From Geosiphon pyriformis uo1 (lineage: Eukaryota; Fungi; Glomeromycota): DNA of 64,000 nt. This document shows, piece by piece, positions 18,820 to 31,753 of the stretch. Numbering within the stretch: position 1 is the first letter of the stretch; every line of letters starts with the position of its first letter. The DNA is taken from the NCBI GenBank assembly GCA_016748015.1, contig JAAOMT010000031.1, forward strand, positions 372,001 to 436,000, read 5' to 3'. The notes beneath the pieces were generated by a model that was given only the letters and a program-made list of their open reading frames with translations, ran no database searches and was not told the DNA's origin. A program made the translations under genes and the position numbers.

Positions 18820-21104
18820 AAAAAACTTTTTATTTCCTTAAATTTTATGACTATGACCAGAACAAAAAGTAAAAAAGCTGCACCTAATATTTGTTCTAAG
18901 ATATTTAATAAAATTTCAATTAGAAGAGCTCTCTTTATTATAGAAACAACTAGACAAAACATTTTAGAAGTCTTCTTTTTACCTAGTAATTGTGATAAGC
19001 TGTCTTTGGTAGCCACTAAAGCAACTTTTTTATCTTTGGCTGGTTTTTCATCAGTCAAAGTTTCTTCAAAGAGACACATTTAAGTTAATTTCAGTGTTGT
19101 CTTTACTCCAACTAAGAGCCCAAAAGTTTTTAATAATAGACTAATAAATAAGCTGGTTTTTCTTTCCATAGATTTAACTTCTAATGCTGCTAGCACTACC
19201 TCTTCAAAAAAAATAGTCAAAAAGACCAAAAGTTCAGAAAAATAGAGGCAGTTGTTTGCCTCTGCTATTGTTACACCGAACTCCTTTGTGGTTCCCAATG
19301 AGATTTTAAATGAGATTTTTATAGCAGCATCCAATATGTCATCCAAGATAGGCCTAAATTAACCACTGACTGTGTTGCCAAATGTGATGTCTTCTGGTAG
19401 ATTATTACCAGTTTTAGAAGCAAAACAATCTTCTTTTGTTAGATTATCTGTTTTTGAGAACTGGGCTGATCAAATAGAAACTGAATTATCTTCTTCTCTA
19501 GTTTTTGGTGCTATTTCTGGTGGTGCTTAAGAAACTATTACTAGTTATCAAAAGTTTGCTGAGTAGATGGCCTCTACTCTGGTGCCTGGTGCTACTTTTA
19601 AGATTAAATTGGCTTATGTTAAGGCTGTTTTTCAGTCAGTACATGGTTTTTTGGGTGTGAAATCAGTATTAAAAGACAATGTGAAGCTGTTTTGTGTGGA
19701 GTTTGCTTCTTAAGTGTCTTTGAAAGCTGCATTTTTGGTTGAGCTTACAAGCTTTGTGCATTTGGCCACTCTCAAAATTGTCAAGTTTTTGGTAGTTTCT
19801 AAGTCTAGTTCCTTTTCTGTTGCTATTGCACTGCATAATGTGCTCTTGGGTGTGTCTGCTGCTGATATTAAGACAGCTTTCAGTGTGTTTGGTAGTGTCA
19901 CCCATGTTGTGCTAAAGCCTGTTGGTGTTTGGTAGTACATAGTAGTTTATTTTGAGAAGTTGAACTCTGCTATGTCTGCTTTGAATCATTGGTCAGTTTT
20001 GGTGGGCAAGAATAGTATTAGAATCCTCTCTTTGGTAAATTAAAATGAGACTATTTTGTTTTATAATAAGTTTAAGACCAAGTTGGTCAATTTTTCTTCT
20101 GAATGCACAGCTTTTGAAATCAGTAATATGATTTCTTAAGTTGGTGGTCAGACATGTTTTATCTCTTGTTCTCTTAAGTCTGGTCATTGTTTTCAGTTTG
20201 CTCTGGTTACATTTGGTTCCAAAGCTGATTTAAACTTTGCTATTGTCAAAACTAGTACACTGAAAAAATGCCATATTTGGTGAGAAACTTCTGGTTGTCA
20301 GTGTTGTTTCAAGTATCAAGAGCTAGACCATCTGGCTGCAGACTATAAGGTTTCTCCATCTTTCTCTCCCAAGTTTCTTAAGGTGTTTACACCATGCTTT
20401 GTTGGTCCTAAGTCTTATGCTAAGGCTTTTGCTCCTTTAAGCTTCTCTGGATTTTCACCTTTGTCATCTCTTGTCTCTTTTTCAGTTGTTGTTGGTGATC
20501 CTTTGATGCTGTTTCATTTGTCTTCTTTGGAATCTGATTTAACTAAGCTTTCTGTTTTGGTTGAGTCTATTGTTAAGCCTATTGGCTCTTTGGTTACAAC
20601 TTTTGAACAGTTTATTAATGGTGATTTGGTTTCAAGTAGTGTTCTTGGTCTTAGGATTAATGAGGTTTTGGTACATATAGGTTCTTTTAGTAGGACTGTT
20701 GGTAAGTTAGAAAGAAAAGTGGTTTTTTTGAAAAAGAAATGCTACATGGAGGATATTGATATGTCTAATGATTCAGAGCTTCTATTTGTTGTAAGTGATA
20801 AAATGTTTTTCAACTTAATGTCTCTTTGGAAACATGAATTTGTTGATGTTAAAACTGATCTCTTTAAAACTGCTGAGTGGCTAGTTGGTTTGGTTTCTTG
20901 CAGTGCAACTTTGTTTTCCATTATTCAAAAAATGTTATCTTTGGATAAGTTTTCTTCTGTAACATCAGCATAGTGTATCTTTAACTGGTCCAAATGGCTG
21001 GTTACATGTAAAAAACACATGATTAGCACCTAGTTTAGATTGATTCTTTGATGTATTGTTCTAGGTAGCTTTTGGGCCTTACTTGTTAAACTTTAATAAA
21101 AAAA
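18820..21104 (+). mobile_element. Non-autonomous ORF1-only retroelement (HAL1-like) with LINE 3' UTR, poly(A) and TSD
   Basis: One long reading frame, then a 3' UTR homologous to LINE 46478-46605, then aataaa/poly(A). TSD aaaccaaata at 18810-18819 and 21105-21114. The host relic is contiguous across the site. Confidence 0.85.
18847..20973 (+). pseudogene. LINE ORF1-like protein (~708 codons; RRM-like segments and degenerate CCHC knuckle) with in-frame point stops
   Basis: ORFs 18847, 19714 and 20383 share one frame. WSVLVGKN, VGGQTC and FGSKADLN match LINE ORF1 WSILVGKN, VGEKTC and FGSKSDLN. Knuckle CFK(Y)QELDHLAAD(Y) at ~20305-20346. Confidence 0.85.
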
Positions 21105-22392
21105 AAACCAAATATTATTTTTATAAACCAACCCAAAATTATGAACAAAATCTACAATTTTTTTACTAACAATTTTAATATTTTTGAAAACTAAGAGAGA
21201 TTTCTGAAATTAATCTTCAAAAACAAATTTTTTACACAAAGCTAAATATATTAAAATATCAAAAAAGCACAAAAAAAGCAATTATAAAACACATAAAAAA
21301 GACTTAAATAAACCAAAAAGCATTTTTCAAACAGTTATATAAATATTTAACAGTTATTTATAAAACTTATTATCTAATTTGCAAAAAAAAACATGATTTA
21401 AAAACTTGATATCTTTACAAAACAAACATAAAATACTATAGTAATATTTATAATACAAATGCTTATAAATAACTACAAGCAGCTTGTAATATAAAGTTTT
21501 TATAAAATAAAAATATACTTTAGCTATAACTTTGTTTATAAATTCTATTAATATGTAAGAATTAGAATATTATATTAACAAAAATTTAACTTAGTTTATG
21601 TTTCTAAACAAGTTGGTTTTTAAAATATAAGTACCAAATTCAATCTTTTAATAAGCATAATAGATTATTTAAAAAACTTTACAAAACAAAAACTTTATAT
21701 TTCTTAAAACAATTTTACTATTAATTTTAATAAATTGTTCTTATATATAGACTAAAAATATTATATTTAAAATAAGGCAGTATTAGTTAAAACATTAACT
21801 TTTATATTATTCAAAACATCCAAATAGCTTTTAATTTTGTGTTAAATAACTCTTAAATTTTTTTTTAATAATATTTACAATATATTAATACTTAATTTAA
21901 TAATGATTATAAAAATTTGGTAATACCAAAACCAATTTTGAATAATATATGTTTAAAGCCATTTAGCTATCAAAAAATAAAACAAATACAATAGTCTGCA
22001 ATTCAGTTATAGTAAAAGATACTATTTAAATACTCTAATATTTAAATTTAAATTTAAATTTAAATTTTTAAAAAAAACCACAATATTAGTTTTTATTTTA
22101 ATAGTACTTAAATTACTAAAAAATTATTAGTATAAACAAAAAAACAAACCAAGTTAGCATTAAAAATAAATTAATAACTACAGAAATTAATAATATTACA
22201 TAAAAAAACACTATTAGCAATTTGTATTTATGTTTTATTGTTAAAAAAAACTAGCCAAACAATAAAAATTTGCTTTTTTATATATATATTGGCCAATTAT
22301 ATACAATTCTAAAGGATAACCAATTTTTTATCATAATTACCAAATTTTTACTAAATAAGCATATATTAAAAACATAACCAAATTGTTTATAT

Positions 22393-23306
22393 TGTTACAA
22401 ATAATTATTTGGAGTTTCAAATCAAATAACAAACCTGTAACTTGGTGCTTAATAGCTAATCTTGTTTGTAATATCTAAAGATTTTGGTTGTTTAAAGGTT
22501 TTAATTGAAGTTTTTTGTATAATAAACAGAGATTCAAGTATGGTTTTTTTTTAGTAATGTTTCAAGTATCAACTCTCAAATTAAGGTGTTTTGTTGTCCA
22601 TTACTTTCTAGAATTGCAATTCTGTTAATTTTTTTCTTGGCATAATGGCCAGCAATTTTCTGGTAAGCTATTTTCAAATCTGAGTGTCTACTCTTATTCC
22701 TAAGTCTTTTACCAGTGCTATATTCTAATGTTAGTAATTCAGCACTTAATCTTTAATCAATTAGTATATAACAATAAAAAAGAAAATAAAAGAAAGAAAA
22801 AAAGATAAAGAAAAATAAGCCAAGACAATTAAGTTAATATTCTGTTAATAGCCATGATCAAAAGCTATTGTTCTAATATAGTTAAATACTGGCAGTTATT
22901 AATATAAAGTGTTAATAGTTAGAGTTTGATAAATATTTCTCAATCAAATAATAACAACATAAATTAAATGTAGATAAGTATTTTATTGATAATTTAATGA
23001 TTTCACTTTAGCAGATATGAATTATTCTTGAAGTGATTAAAGAATAGATAGGAAGAAAAGTTCAAACTAAAAGGTTTGTTTTTTTTGCTTCTAATGCTAT
23101 TGCTATATATATATATTTGAGATTCCTCAATTTTTCAATTTTTTCTGCCAGAAATTCTGCAATTTCTCAAAAAAAATTCTGGAATTTTGGAATTCTGCAA
23201 TTCTGCAATTTCTTATATGAGAATTCTAGAATTCCATATTTTACTATGTCTATTTCTGATTAGTTAATATATATATTACTATAATTTCTATATTTTATAA
23301 GTAACA
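22393..23306 (-). mobile_element. Solo LTR related to the Gypsy-2 LTR, TSD ATAT
   Basis: TGTTAC...GTAACA termini. 22393-~22900 is the reverse complement of the 3' half of LTR 54064-54819. ATAT at 22389-22392 and 23307-23310. Confidence 0.88.
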
Positions 23307-25131
23307 ATATTAAGCACAAATAGCTAAAAACAAGCCAATTCAACACAAATTTACATTCTTAAAAACCAAACCAAAACCAATAATAGTTTTTTTAATAGCT
23401 TTGTTAGCAAAACAAACAACAACACATTTATTATGTACATATAAACTTAGATTATGACCAATAAAATAAGTTTTTTTATTATAAGAAGCCAATAAATCAA
23501 AAAAATTATAAATATTTATACTAATTAGTAATATATGTAACAAGACTTGATAATAATCTCTAGATATTTATATTTATTTATTGTTAATAGTTTTAATTAC
23601 ACAAACAGATTTTTTTTTATAAATACTAATCATTTAGATACAATTAAATTAGCAATCTTAAATAATTTAAATTTAACTAAAATTTTTTATTATATATTAA
23701 TAAGTTGTATTTTAATTAATATATCTTGTCAAATTTAAAAAAAACCAATTCTATAACCAATTTAAAAAGATTTACAAGAATTTTTTTGACAATTATTTTC
23801 TAATTTGTATGGTTATTTATTTATTTAATATTATTATTGACCAAATTTTTTCCACTAATTATCATGTTTTTAGCTTTTTTTAAACTTGATTTCAATATAA
23901 AAAATAATTTAATAATTTCTGAGAATTTTAAAAAAGTGGATGCCTTTTCCAAAATTATTAATATAATAAAAGTTTTTTTTATAGTCATTAATTTATCTCC
24001 AAAAGTTTTGCCAGACATTGCAGAAAGCTTAATATTTAATACAAAAAATTTAATTAAATTAAAGCTTTGTTTTTTTAAAACATATAATTCAATTAATGAC
24101 AACTGTTTGGAGCCAACAAACTTAGAAGATAAAAACATCAAAATGTTATTACTATTACTCAAATTCTCAAAAAAAAAAACTTTTAATAAACAGTCTATAA
24201 TATATGACTTAATGTACATTTTTTTTAATATGATTTTGTTTATTTTATTGTTAATTTTTAAAGCATTTAAATTAGCATAACTAGTTTTTTCAGCAATTAT
24301 ATTTCTTATATTTTTTATATTTAAGATTTTATTAATACTGTTGGTTTTGCTAACTACTTTGTTATTCCAAGATTTTTTTTGTTTAATATTATTAAATCTT
24401 ATATCAATAGTGCTAATAAAACTAGCAAATATATCAATTATATTTTTATTTATATTAAGTAACTTGGATTTTTTAGACTTCTTGTAAAAGATACCATAAG
24501 AGTAAATACTTTTAATATGCTTTTTTTTTGTGTTTAAACAGATTTTTAAACTAATTCAATCAGAACTATAACCACTAGTAAAAAAACTTATCAATTCTAT
24601 TATAACAAAAAGTAATATGTTAAAAAAAATAACTAAAATAAAAAAAAAATAAAAAAAATTATTTTTTTGACAACTTTATGCTTTTGTTATAATCAAAGAT
24701 CAACAAAAAAAAGAGTTTTATATTTTTTTATAATATAATATTAATATGTTTAATATAATTAATAAAAAACAATTTAATTTAATTATTACAATAAAAAAAT
24801 ACTAAATAATATTAAATAGATTAAAAATGTAAAAAAATATGTAATTTAATAATATATTATTAATTATACTTTTATAAGCTTTGATAAAAAATTTTATGCT
24901 TAAAAATTAATATTATAGTTTTAATTTTGTAAATTTAATTAATTAATATAATTATAATCAGTTAAAGTAGTTAATTATACATAATTATAAACAATAATTA
25001 GAAAAATAGTATATTATAATATAATTAATAATATATATTAATAATATAATAAAAATAATTAATTAAATCAAAATTAATTAATTTTTTTTGGTTAATACTT
25101 ACAATTTATACAATATTATTATTATATATTA

Positions 25132-26038
25132 TTTTTTATTAAATGCTATACAAGTAAAATTCAACTGCTATTTAGTATATAAATCCAAACTAAGTAGTTT
25201 AAACTAAATACAGTTTATGCTCTTACTATATGTGATTAGTTATTTGGATTAAACAAAACAACACTACACATCTTTACTAATATAAGTATTTCTACTCAAA
25301 CCAAAAAAAAAGAGCACAGCTTACATCTACCAAAACTAACAACAAAAAATTTCACAATACCAAACATTTAAACCACTTTATTTGACAACATAGAAACCAT
25401 ACTATAAAATAAACTCAAAACCAAACCATTATTTTTGATTAAACCAGTTTTTTTCATGACTACCTTATGTTTAAATCTTACAAGCCATGTTTTAATGCAA
25501 TATAATTCTACCAAATGACTTATATATTCAACAAAAATAGAGACAGTCTTCTTCTTTTTATCAAAAACCATAATAGCTTCAGCATACCAGTCTTTTAACA
25601 CAAAACTTTTGCAAATTATTGTGTACAAATCCACATTAGAAGAACACAAAGCCAGTAATTACAAAACAGTAAAAAAGAGCAAACAAAAAACACTTATCAA
25701 TAATATTTACTTTGCAGAAACTTTAGCCAAAATGTTCTCTCAAATACCAATATTTTTAACATAAGTAAAAACATGGTTAAACAATTCCATTTTGCTATAC
25801 AACAAATACAATATATCAAGTTATGTCTTATTATACAACTTTTTTCTAATCATTATTAACAGTTATTTATACACTACTTTTATCAAATATGTGTGTAGAT
25901 TGGCAGAATTTTTACTAGTAAATCCAAATAGCATATGTAAATCAAAATGCCAGACTTTTATAATAGCTATTCAATCTATTTTCTTTAATAATACACTAAG
26001 AATCACATTATAATTAGAACTAGTCTTTTATTAAGCAC
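25132..26038 (-). mobile_element. 5'-truncated LINE copy (0.9 kb) with 11-bp TSD
   Basis: Poly(T) plus reverse-complement 3' UTR at 25132-25270. ORF 25368..25649 matches the ORF2 C-terminus (KSFVLKDW..MKKTGLI). TSD attatatatta at 25121-25131 and 26039-26049. Confidence 0.8.
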
Positions 26039-26863
26039 ATTATATATTAAATTTAAATTATTATAAAAACAATATATAATTAGTTATTTAAATTAATTAT
26101 TTAAATTAATTATAATTATTTTAAATTAAATAAAAAACAAATTTATATAATAATTTTATTTAAAACAATAATTCAAGTAATTAATATTAATAAATTTATT
26201 AAATTACAATTAGATTAAACTTTTATTATTTTTAATAAAAAAAATTTTGAAATTTTAAAGTACTATTAATTTATTAAAAGTATTCTTATTTACAAAAAAA
26301 TTTACATATTTATTTTATTATTATATTGATTATTATCAATACTATTATAAAATCAATAATACATCTGTTATTAAGTTAACAATATTACTATTTGCTTTTT
26401 TAAAAAACCAATTTAGATTTTACTACAAAATTAAATCTTTTTTTATTGTTAATAAAAAGGTAACCAAAACAACCAATATACTAATAAGCTAAACAACAAA
26501 TCTAATTAATTAAAACAGTTTAAGTATTAATCAAAAATCAAATTAAATAAATGAATAAATGAATACTAATGATTGAAATAAAGTCGTATAATCAAATATC
26601 ACAGTTGATAATAAATCCTAATGCCACTGAAATTTGTGAAAACTCTGTCAAGTATTAAAAACTCTGACTCATTTGAGAATAGAACTCTTTAACAACCTTT
26701 GATTTTTCAATTTACATCGGCAAACAATTCATTTTTTCACATTGCCAATTTAGAATTTTTTACAAGCAGACAAGACTAAATGATAAAAACATCCTAATAA
26801 TTCACTTTCTTGTTTTCAATACTTTTGGAAATTTATACTTGGAATTAATTTGAAAGTGTTCGT

Positions 26864-27721
26864 TTAAAGTTGCCCAGAGTCGGTAATCGTGATGGTCTTG
26901 CTAGTTTTGCCAGTGGAGCTACCCAATTTCTCAATTTTGTAGACAATTTCGAGACCTATTTGAATATCGAAGAAAGAAAATGAGGACTTCTCAATGAGAG
27001 ATAAATTCAACGAGAAAATGACTCAAATTACCTTCAACTACGGTGCCAAAGACGACATGTTTGTTGTCTAACCAACTGGTTTTAACAGTACAGATAAAGA
27101 ATTGAGATCCATTCGTGTTGGGACCAGCGTTGGCCATGGAGAGGGTCCCTGATTTGAAATATCGAAGAGTTGAAGACAACTTAGACAAAATATCAATCCA
27201 TTTATAACTGATCTATCACGAAAAATATCCGTGGTTACGATAAATTTAAAAATTAAATTCAAGAGAAAGCTTACCAGGTCCAGCATGTTTCAATTCAAAG
27301 TTTTCATCGGCAAATTTCTCACCATAGATGGACTTGCCACCAGTGCCATTGCCAGCAGTGAAATCACCTCCTTGAAGCATGAATTGAGGAATAACACGAT
27401 GGAATTTGGAGCCTTTGTAACCATAACCATGTTCACCAGTACACAAAGCCCGGAAGTTTTCGGCTGAAATAATAGATTGTCAATTTTTTGTTTGATTTCA
27501 GTTTCAAATTGTGGAAAAATTTTAAATTAATCGATGATTTTACCAGTTTTAGGAACTTTATCATCCCTCAATTCGAACACAATTCGCTAAAATATTTATT
27601 CGATATTTAGAGTATGATAACGTATTTATCTATCACGTGATTTATGTTAGAGAATGAGGTAACTTACACCTAAGGGTTCTTTATCGGCAGCAACATCGAA
27701 GAAAGTACGTATGTTAGGCAT
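26864..27721 (-). CDS. CPR1: Cyclophilin A-type peptidyl-prolyl cis-trans isomerase, 164 aa, 5 exons: 27721-27668, 27586-27544, 27463-27275, 27148-27032, 26955-26864
   Basis: [57 protein letters not shown]. Exons sum to 495 nt including TAA. Confidence 0.96.
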
Positions 27722-28749
27722 TATATAGCTATTGGCGGTTTTTGTGCTGAAAAAACAAACTGTGTTCCGGAACAAATAAATGGATGGACGCATAAAGGTA
27801 GGTTTCAAGAAAGATAATCGTAAAAAACTTGATATAAGTAATAAACCGTATATAGTGACACGTCTTATAAAACCTTCTTTACGTAGTCAATAAAAAGGAA
27901 AACTACTTACAATAAAGATCTTTTCGAGGTTTAAGACACGGGAATATAGATTCCAGTCGTTAGAAAGACCTAAAAAATCAAAAATGGATCTTTATATAAG
28001 TCACAACCAGTTACGATACAAACACGTGTAACTTCAAGCGATATCTCGAAAGATTGGCTAGAAGTTTCCGATATAGATTGATTAAACTTTTAAAGATTTA
28101 CTGATTGTCCTTGTTTCAAGTTTTCCCGCTAAGATTCCTGCTTGTGATAATGGTAATGTTGGGGCTTGTGCTGATACATTACACTGCATGACAGTAATTA
28201 ATTCTATCTACTCATATTCATTTTAGAAAGTCAGACACTTCCCACGGCCATTAAATTGTGTAACATGAAACAAGGTTTCTATCAATACACTCGAAAAAGT
28301 AAAATTTCATTTATCCAATCAATTTAACAATGAGTTAAAGACATTATTGATTATTGGTTCGAGATTTTTGACGGTCTTTTTATGGCAAGTATTTTTCAAC
28401 ATAAAGTTTAAAAATAATTTTAATTTTTTTAATCAAGCAAGCAAAAAGATAAATCTCAAATTAATTTTAAGAAAAAATATTTTGTATGCTATCTTATGTT
28501 AACTTTTAATAGTTCGAAGTGAGATTTGGGTTATAGGATTATGTTAAACGTTTTTTCATACTGTTTTTTATAAATTTGCATTAGAATTTTGTCCAAAAAC
28601 TGAAAATAAAAAATTCCAAAATTTGGCAATCGAAAAGATTAAGATTATTTTTTTAAAAAAATTCGATTCAAATTTGTCATTAAAATATTATTTAAATACA
28701 AAAAATTCAATGAAACTTTTTGCTTGATTTTTATGAAAATGTATTTTTT

Positions 28750-31700
28750 TTATATGTAATCATTTTTTCAATTATACTTTATACTGTATATTATTATATT
28801 TAAAAATTTTTTAATTTTATATAATTTTAATTTATTTATATAATTTAAATACTGGTATTAAGTTGTTTTGTTTATCTAACAATAATAATATAAATTTAAT
28901 ATATTTAAATAATATGTGTAAAAGTTTTTTAATTACAATGAATGATAATAGTATTAATTTTAAAATTTAATATTGTTTTTATAACTAAAAGAATATAAAT
29001 AAAAATATAAATAGTAATTATAATTTAATATTTTTGCATAATGGTATTATTTTATATTGACATTTTGTTTATTATATTTATAATATTATATATAATATAT
29101 ATTTTAACTTTAATTTTTAATATTTTTATTATTAATTATTATAAAATATATAATTGTATATTTAATTAATTAGTTATAAAAATATTTTTTTGTTAACAAA
29201 TTATTTAATATTATAAATATTAATAATAATAAAAACTTTATTTTTGTTAATTTTTATATTATATAATTAAAATTTTTAATTTTAGTTATTATTATTTTTG
29301 TTAATTATATAATTATTAACTTAATTATTGATTTGATTATTAACCAAATTATTAATGTAAATACTAATTTAATTATTAGATTTTTAAAAAATATATAAGT
29401 AAAATCTTCTAAAATTATAAAAATTTATTTATATTTGAATTAATTTATTTAATAAAAATTAATACAATAATATCAACTTTTTTATTTTATTATTATTATT
29501 TATTTTTTTATTTTTTATTTGTATTTTGTTAGTTTTTGTAAAATATATTAAATAAATATTTATTAAAAAATACAATTAATATTTAATATTAAATTTTAAA
29601 AGCATATTAATGTATTATTTTTTGTTAACAGTACAAATTATTAAATTTTTTGTTATTTTTTTAAAAAAATAATCTTGCATATTAAATTTTTACAAATTTA
29701 ATTTGTTTATTAAGTTAAATTTATTTTTTAATTATTTTATTACTATATAATACTGTTTTTTTTGTAATCTATTAGTATATTATATATTAATTATAACAAT
29801 ATTGCTAAAAACCAAAAAACCAAAAAAAATTTATTTTATTTTTTTATTTAGTTGTTTTTATTAAGTTTTTTTTTATTAATTTTTTTATTTAAAAATTGAT
29901 AATAAATATTTTTATTAGAAATATATTCAAAAATATAATTAAAAAAAATCAACTTAGATAACGAAAAAGATATAAATAAATACAGTATTACAGATAAAAA
30001 TAAAATGATTAAAACTAATATTAATATATATATAAAAATATTATGATAAAAAACCAGTTTTTAATTTAAAAAATAACATTAAAATTCCAAATAATTTAAA
30101 AAAATATTATTATAATTAAAGATTTTTTAATAATATTATTTAAAAAAGTAATATAGTTGTAAATATTAATCTTAAATATATAAATTTTTATATAAATTAA
30201 AAAGTAATTTTTTAAATTTGGTAAAATTATATCAATTAAAATACAGTTTATTAACTTATAATAAAAACTGTTATTAAATTTGTTAATTTAGCTTAAATTA
30301 ATTTAATAGTTTTTAAATAATTTATTTTAATTAAAAAATGTTATTTATTTTATGTTTAATTTATTATTTTAATGGCTTAAACAAAAACTATTTTAATAAT
30401 AATATATTTTTAAGTAATATTTTTTTTAATAATACAAAAACCATTTAAACTATAATTTATTAAGTTAAAATACAATTTTGTTAATCGTATAAAACAAATA
30501 ATAAAATTGATAAAAAAATTAAAAATACTTAAATTAAAAGTTTCTTAATTTTATTCTAAATATAAGTTTTTAATAACTTTTTTAATTAAAATTTAATATA
30601 AATAAAAAATTTAGCTTTAATTTTAATATAATTTTTTAATAATTATATATGTTTGAAAAATTTTAATTTACAATATAAATATAAACAATTTTGTCAAACA
30701 AAAAATATTATTAATACAAAAACCAAGTTAAAAAAAGGATTCTAAAATTAAAAAATTAAAAAAGTAAAATTTTTGTATTAAACAAAAAAAATAAATATTT
30801 AACTTTTAAAATAATTTGTATAATCAATAATATTACTTAATATATTTAATATATTAAAAAATTACAAAAATTAATAAATCAATTAATATTAAATTATTGT
30901 TTTAAGACACATAAATATTTATATTAAGCTTTTATTAAAAAAAGATTAAATCAAATTAGTCTTATTAATAAAATAATTTTATAATAATAATAATAATAAT
31001 AATAATAATTTTACTTAATATTAATTATATTATATATTATTTTTATTTTAAATATAAAATAAATATGATATGTAAATCTATTTTATAAAATACAAAAAAA
31101 AATTTTAAAAGCAATAATAAGTAATATTATTAATGTTTATTTTTATTTTAAAATAAATAATCAAATCTTATTTAAAATTCAAAAAACAAAATAAATAAAT
31201 ATTAAATCCAATTTATATTATTAAAATTATTAAAATAATTAATAAGAAAATATAATTATTAAAAACTTAATTTAAAATAAAAATAAAAAAATTATTAAAG
31301 AAATTATAAAAGTTAAATATTATTAAAAGTAATATTTTAATAAGATAAATTTTTAATGAAAAAAATTATAAAACAAAAAAAATAGAATATAGAAAAAAAA
31401 ACTTACTATTTACTATAAAAATATAATAAAAAATTGATTTAATAAGAATTAATATTTTTTTTAACTTGCAAAAAGAATATATATTAATTATTTATATATA
31501 AATTCATTAATTTATTTTAAATTTGTTTAATATATTATTTTTAAAATTAATAAAAATAAATTAATATTTAATTTTTTAGATAAAAATACTATATAAAATT
31601 TATTAAAACGCTTAAAACATAAAATAATTATGTTTTAAACTAAAACTTAAAAAAATTTAACTATAAAAAACCATATATTTAATTGAATTTATTATTTATA

Positions 31701-31750
31701 TAAACTATTTAAATAATTTAATTGTTTTTATTTTTATATAATAATATTAA
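28750..31750. other. Extremely AT-rich tract with no recognisable coding remnant
   Basis: Almost only A/T and no ORFs in the track. Probably terminally eroded repeats (inference). Confidence 0.6.
30981..31009. repeat. (AAT)n microsatellite
   Basis: About 9-10 perfect units read directly. Confidence 0.9.
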
Positions 31751-31753
31751 TAT

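Larger units (their letters stand above)
18390..24660 (-). mobile_element. Eroded LINE relic(s) hosting two younger insertions (ORF1-only element and solo LTR)
   Basis: 18500-18819 plus 21105-22150 are collinear with the relic at 3400-4780 (ORF2 C-terminus, RNase H). 22250-22392 plus 23307-24660 are ORF1-like (ORFs 23340..23543, 23821..24219). The EN/RT region is missing, so this is an internal deletion or two abutting copies. Confidence 0.65.

Noticed and set aside
28140-28180. C/D-box snoRNA-like motifs upstream of the cyclophilin
   Set aside because: Imperfect C box, spacing too short, and no terminal stem or identifiable guide.
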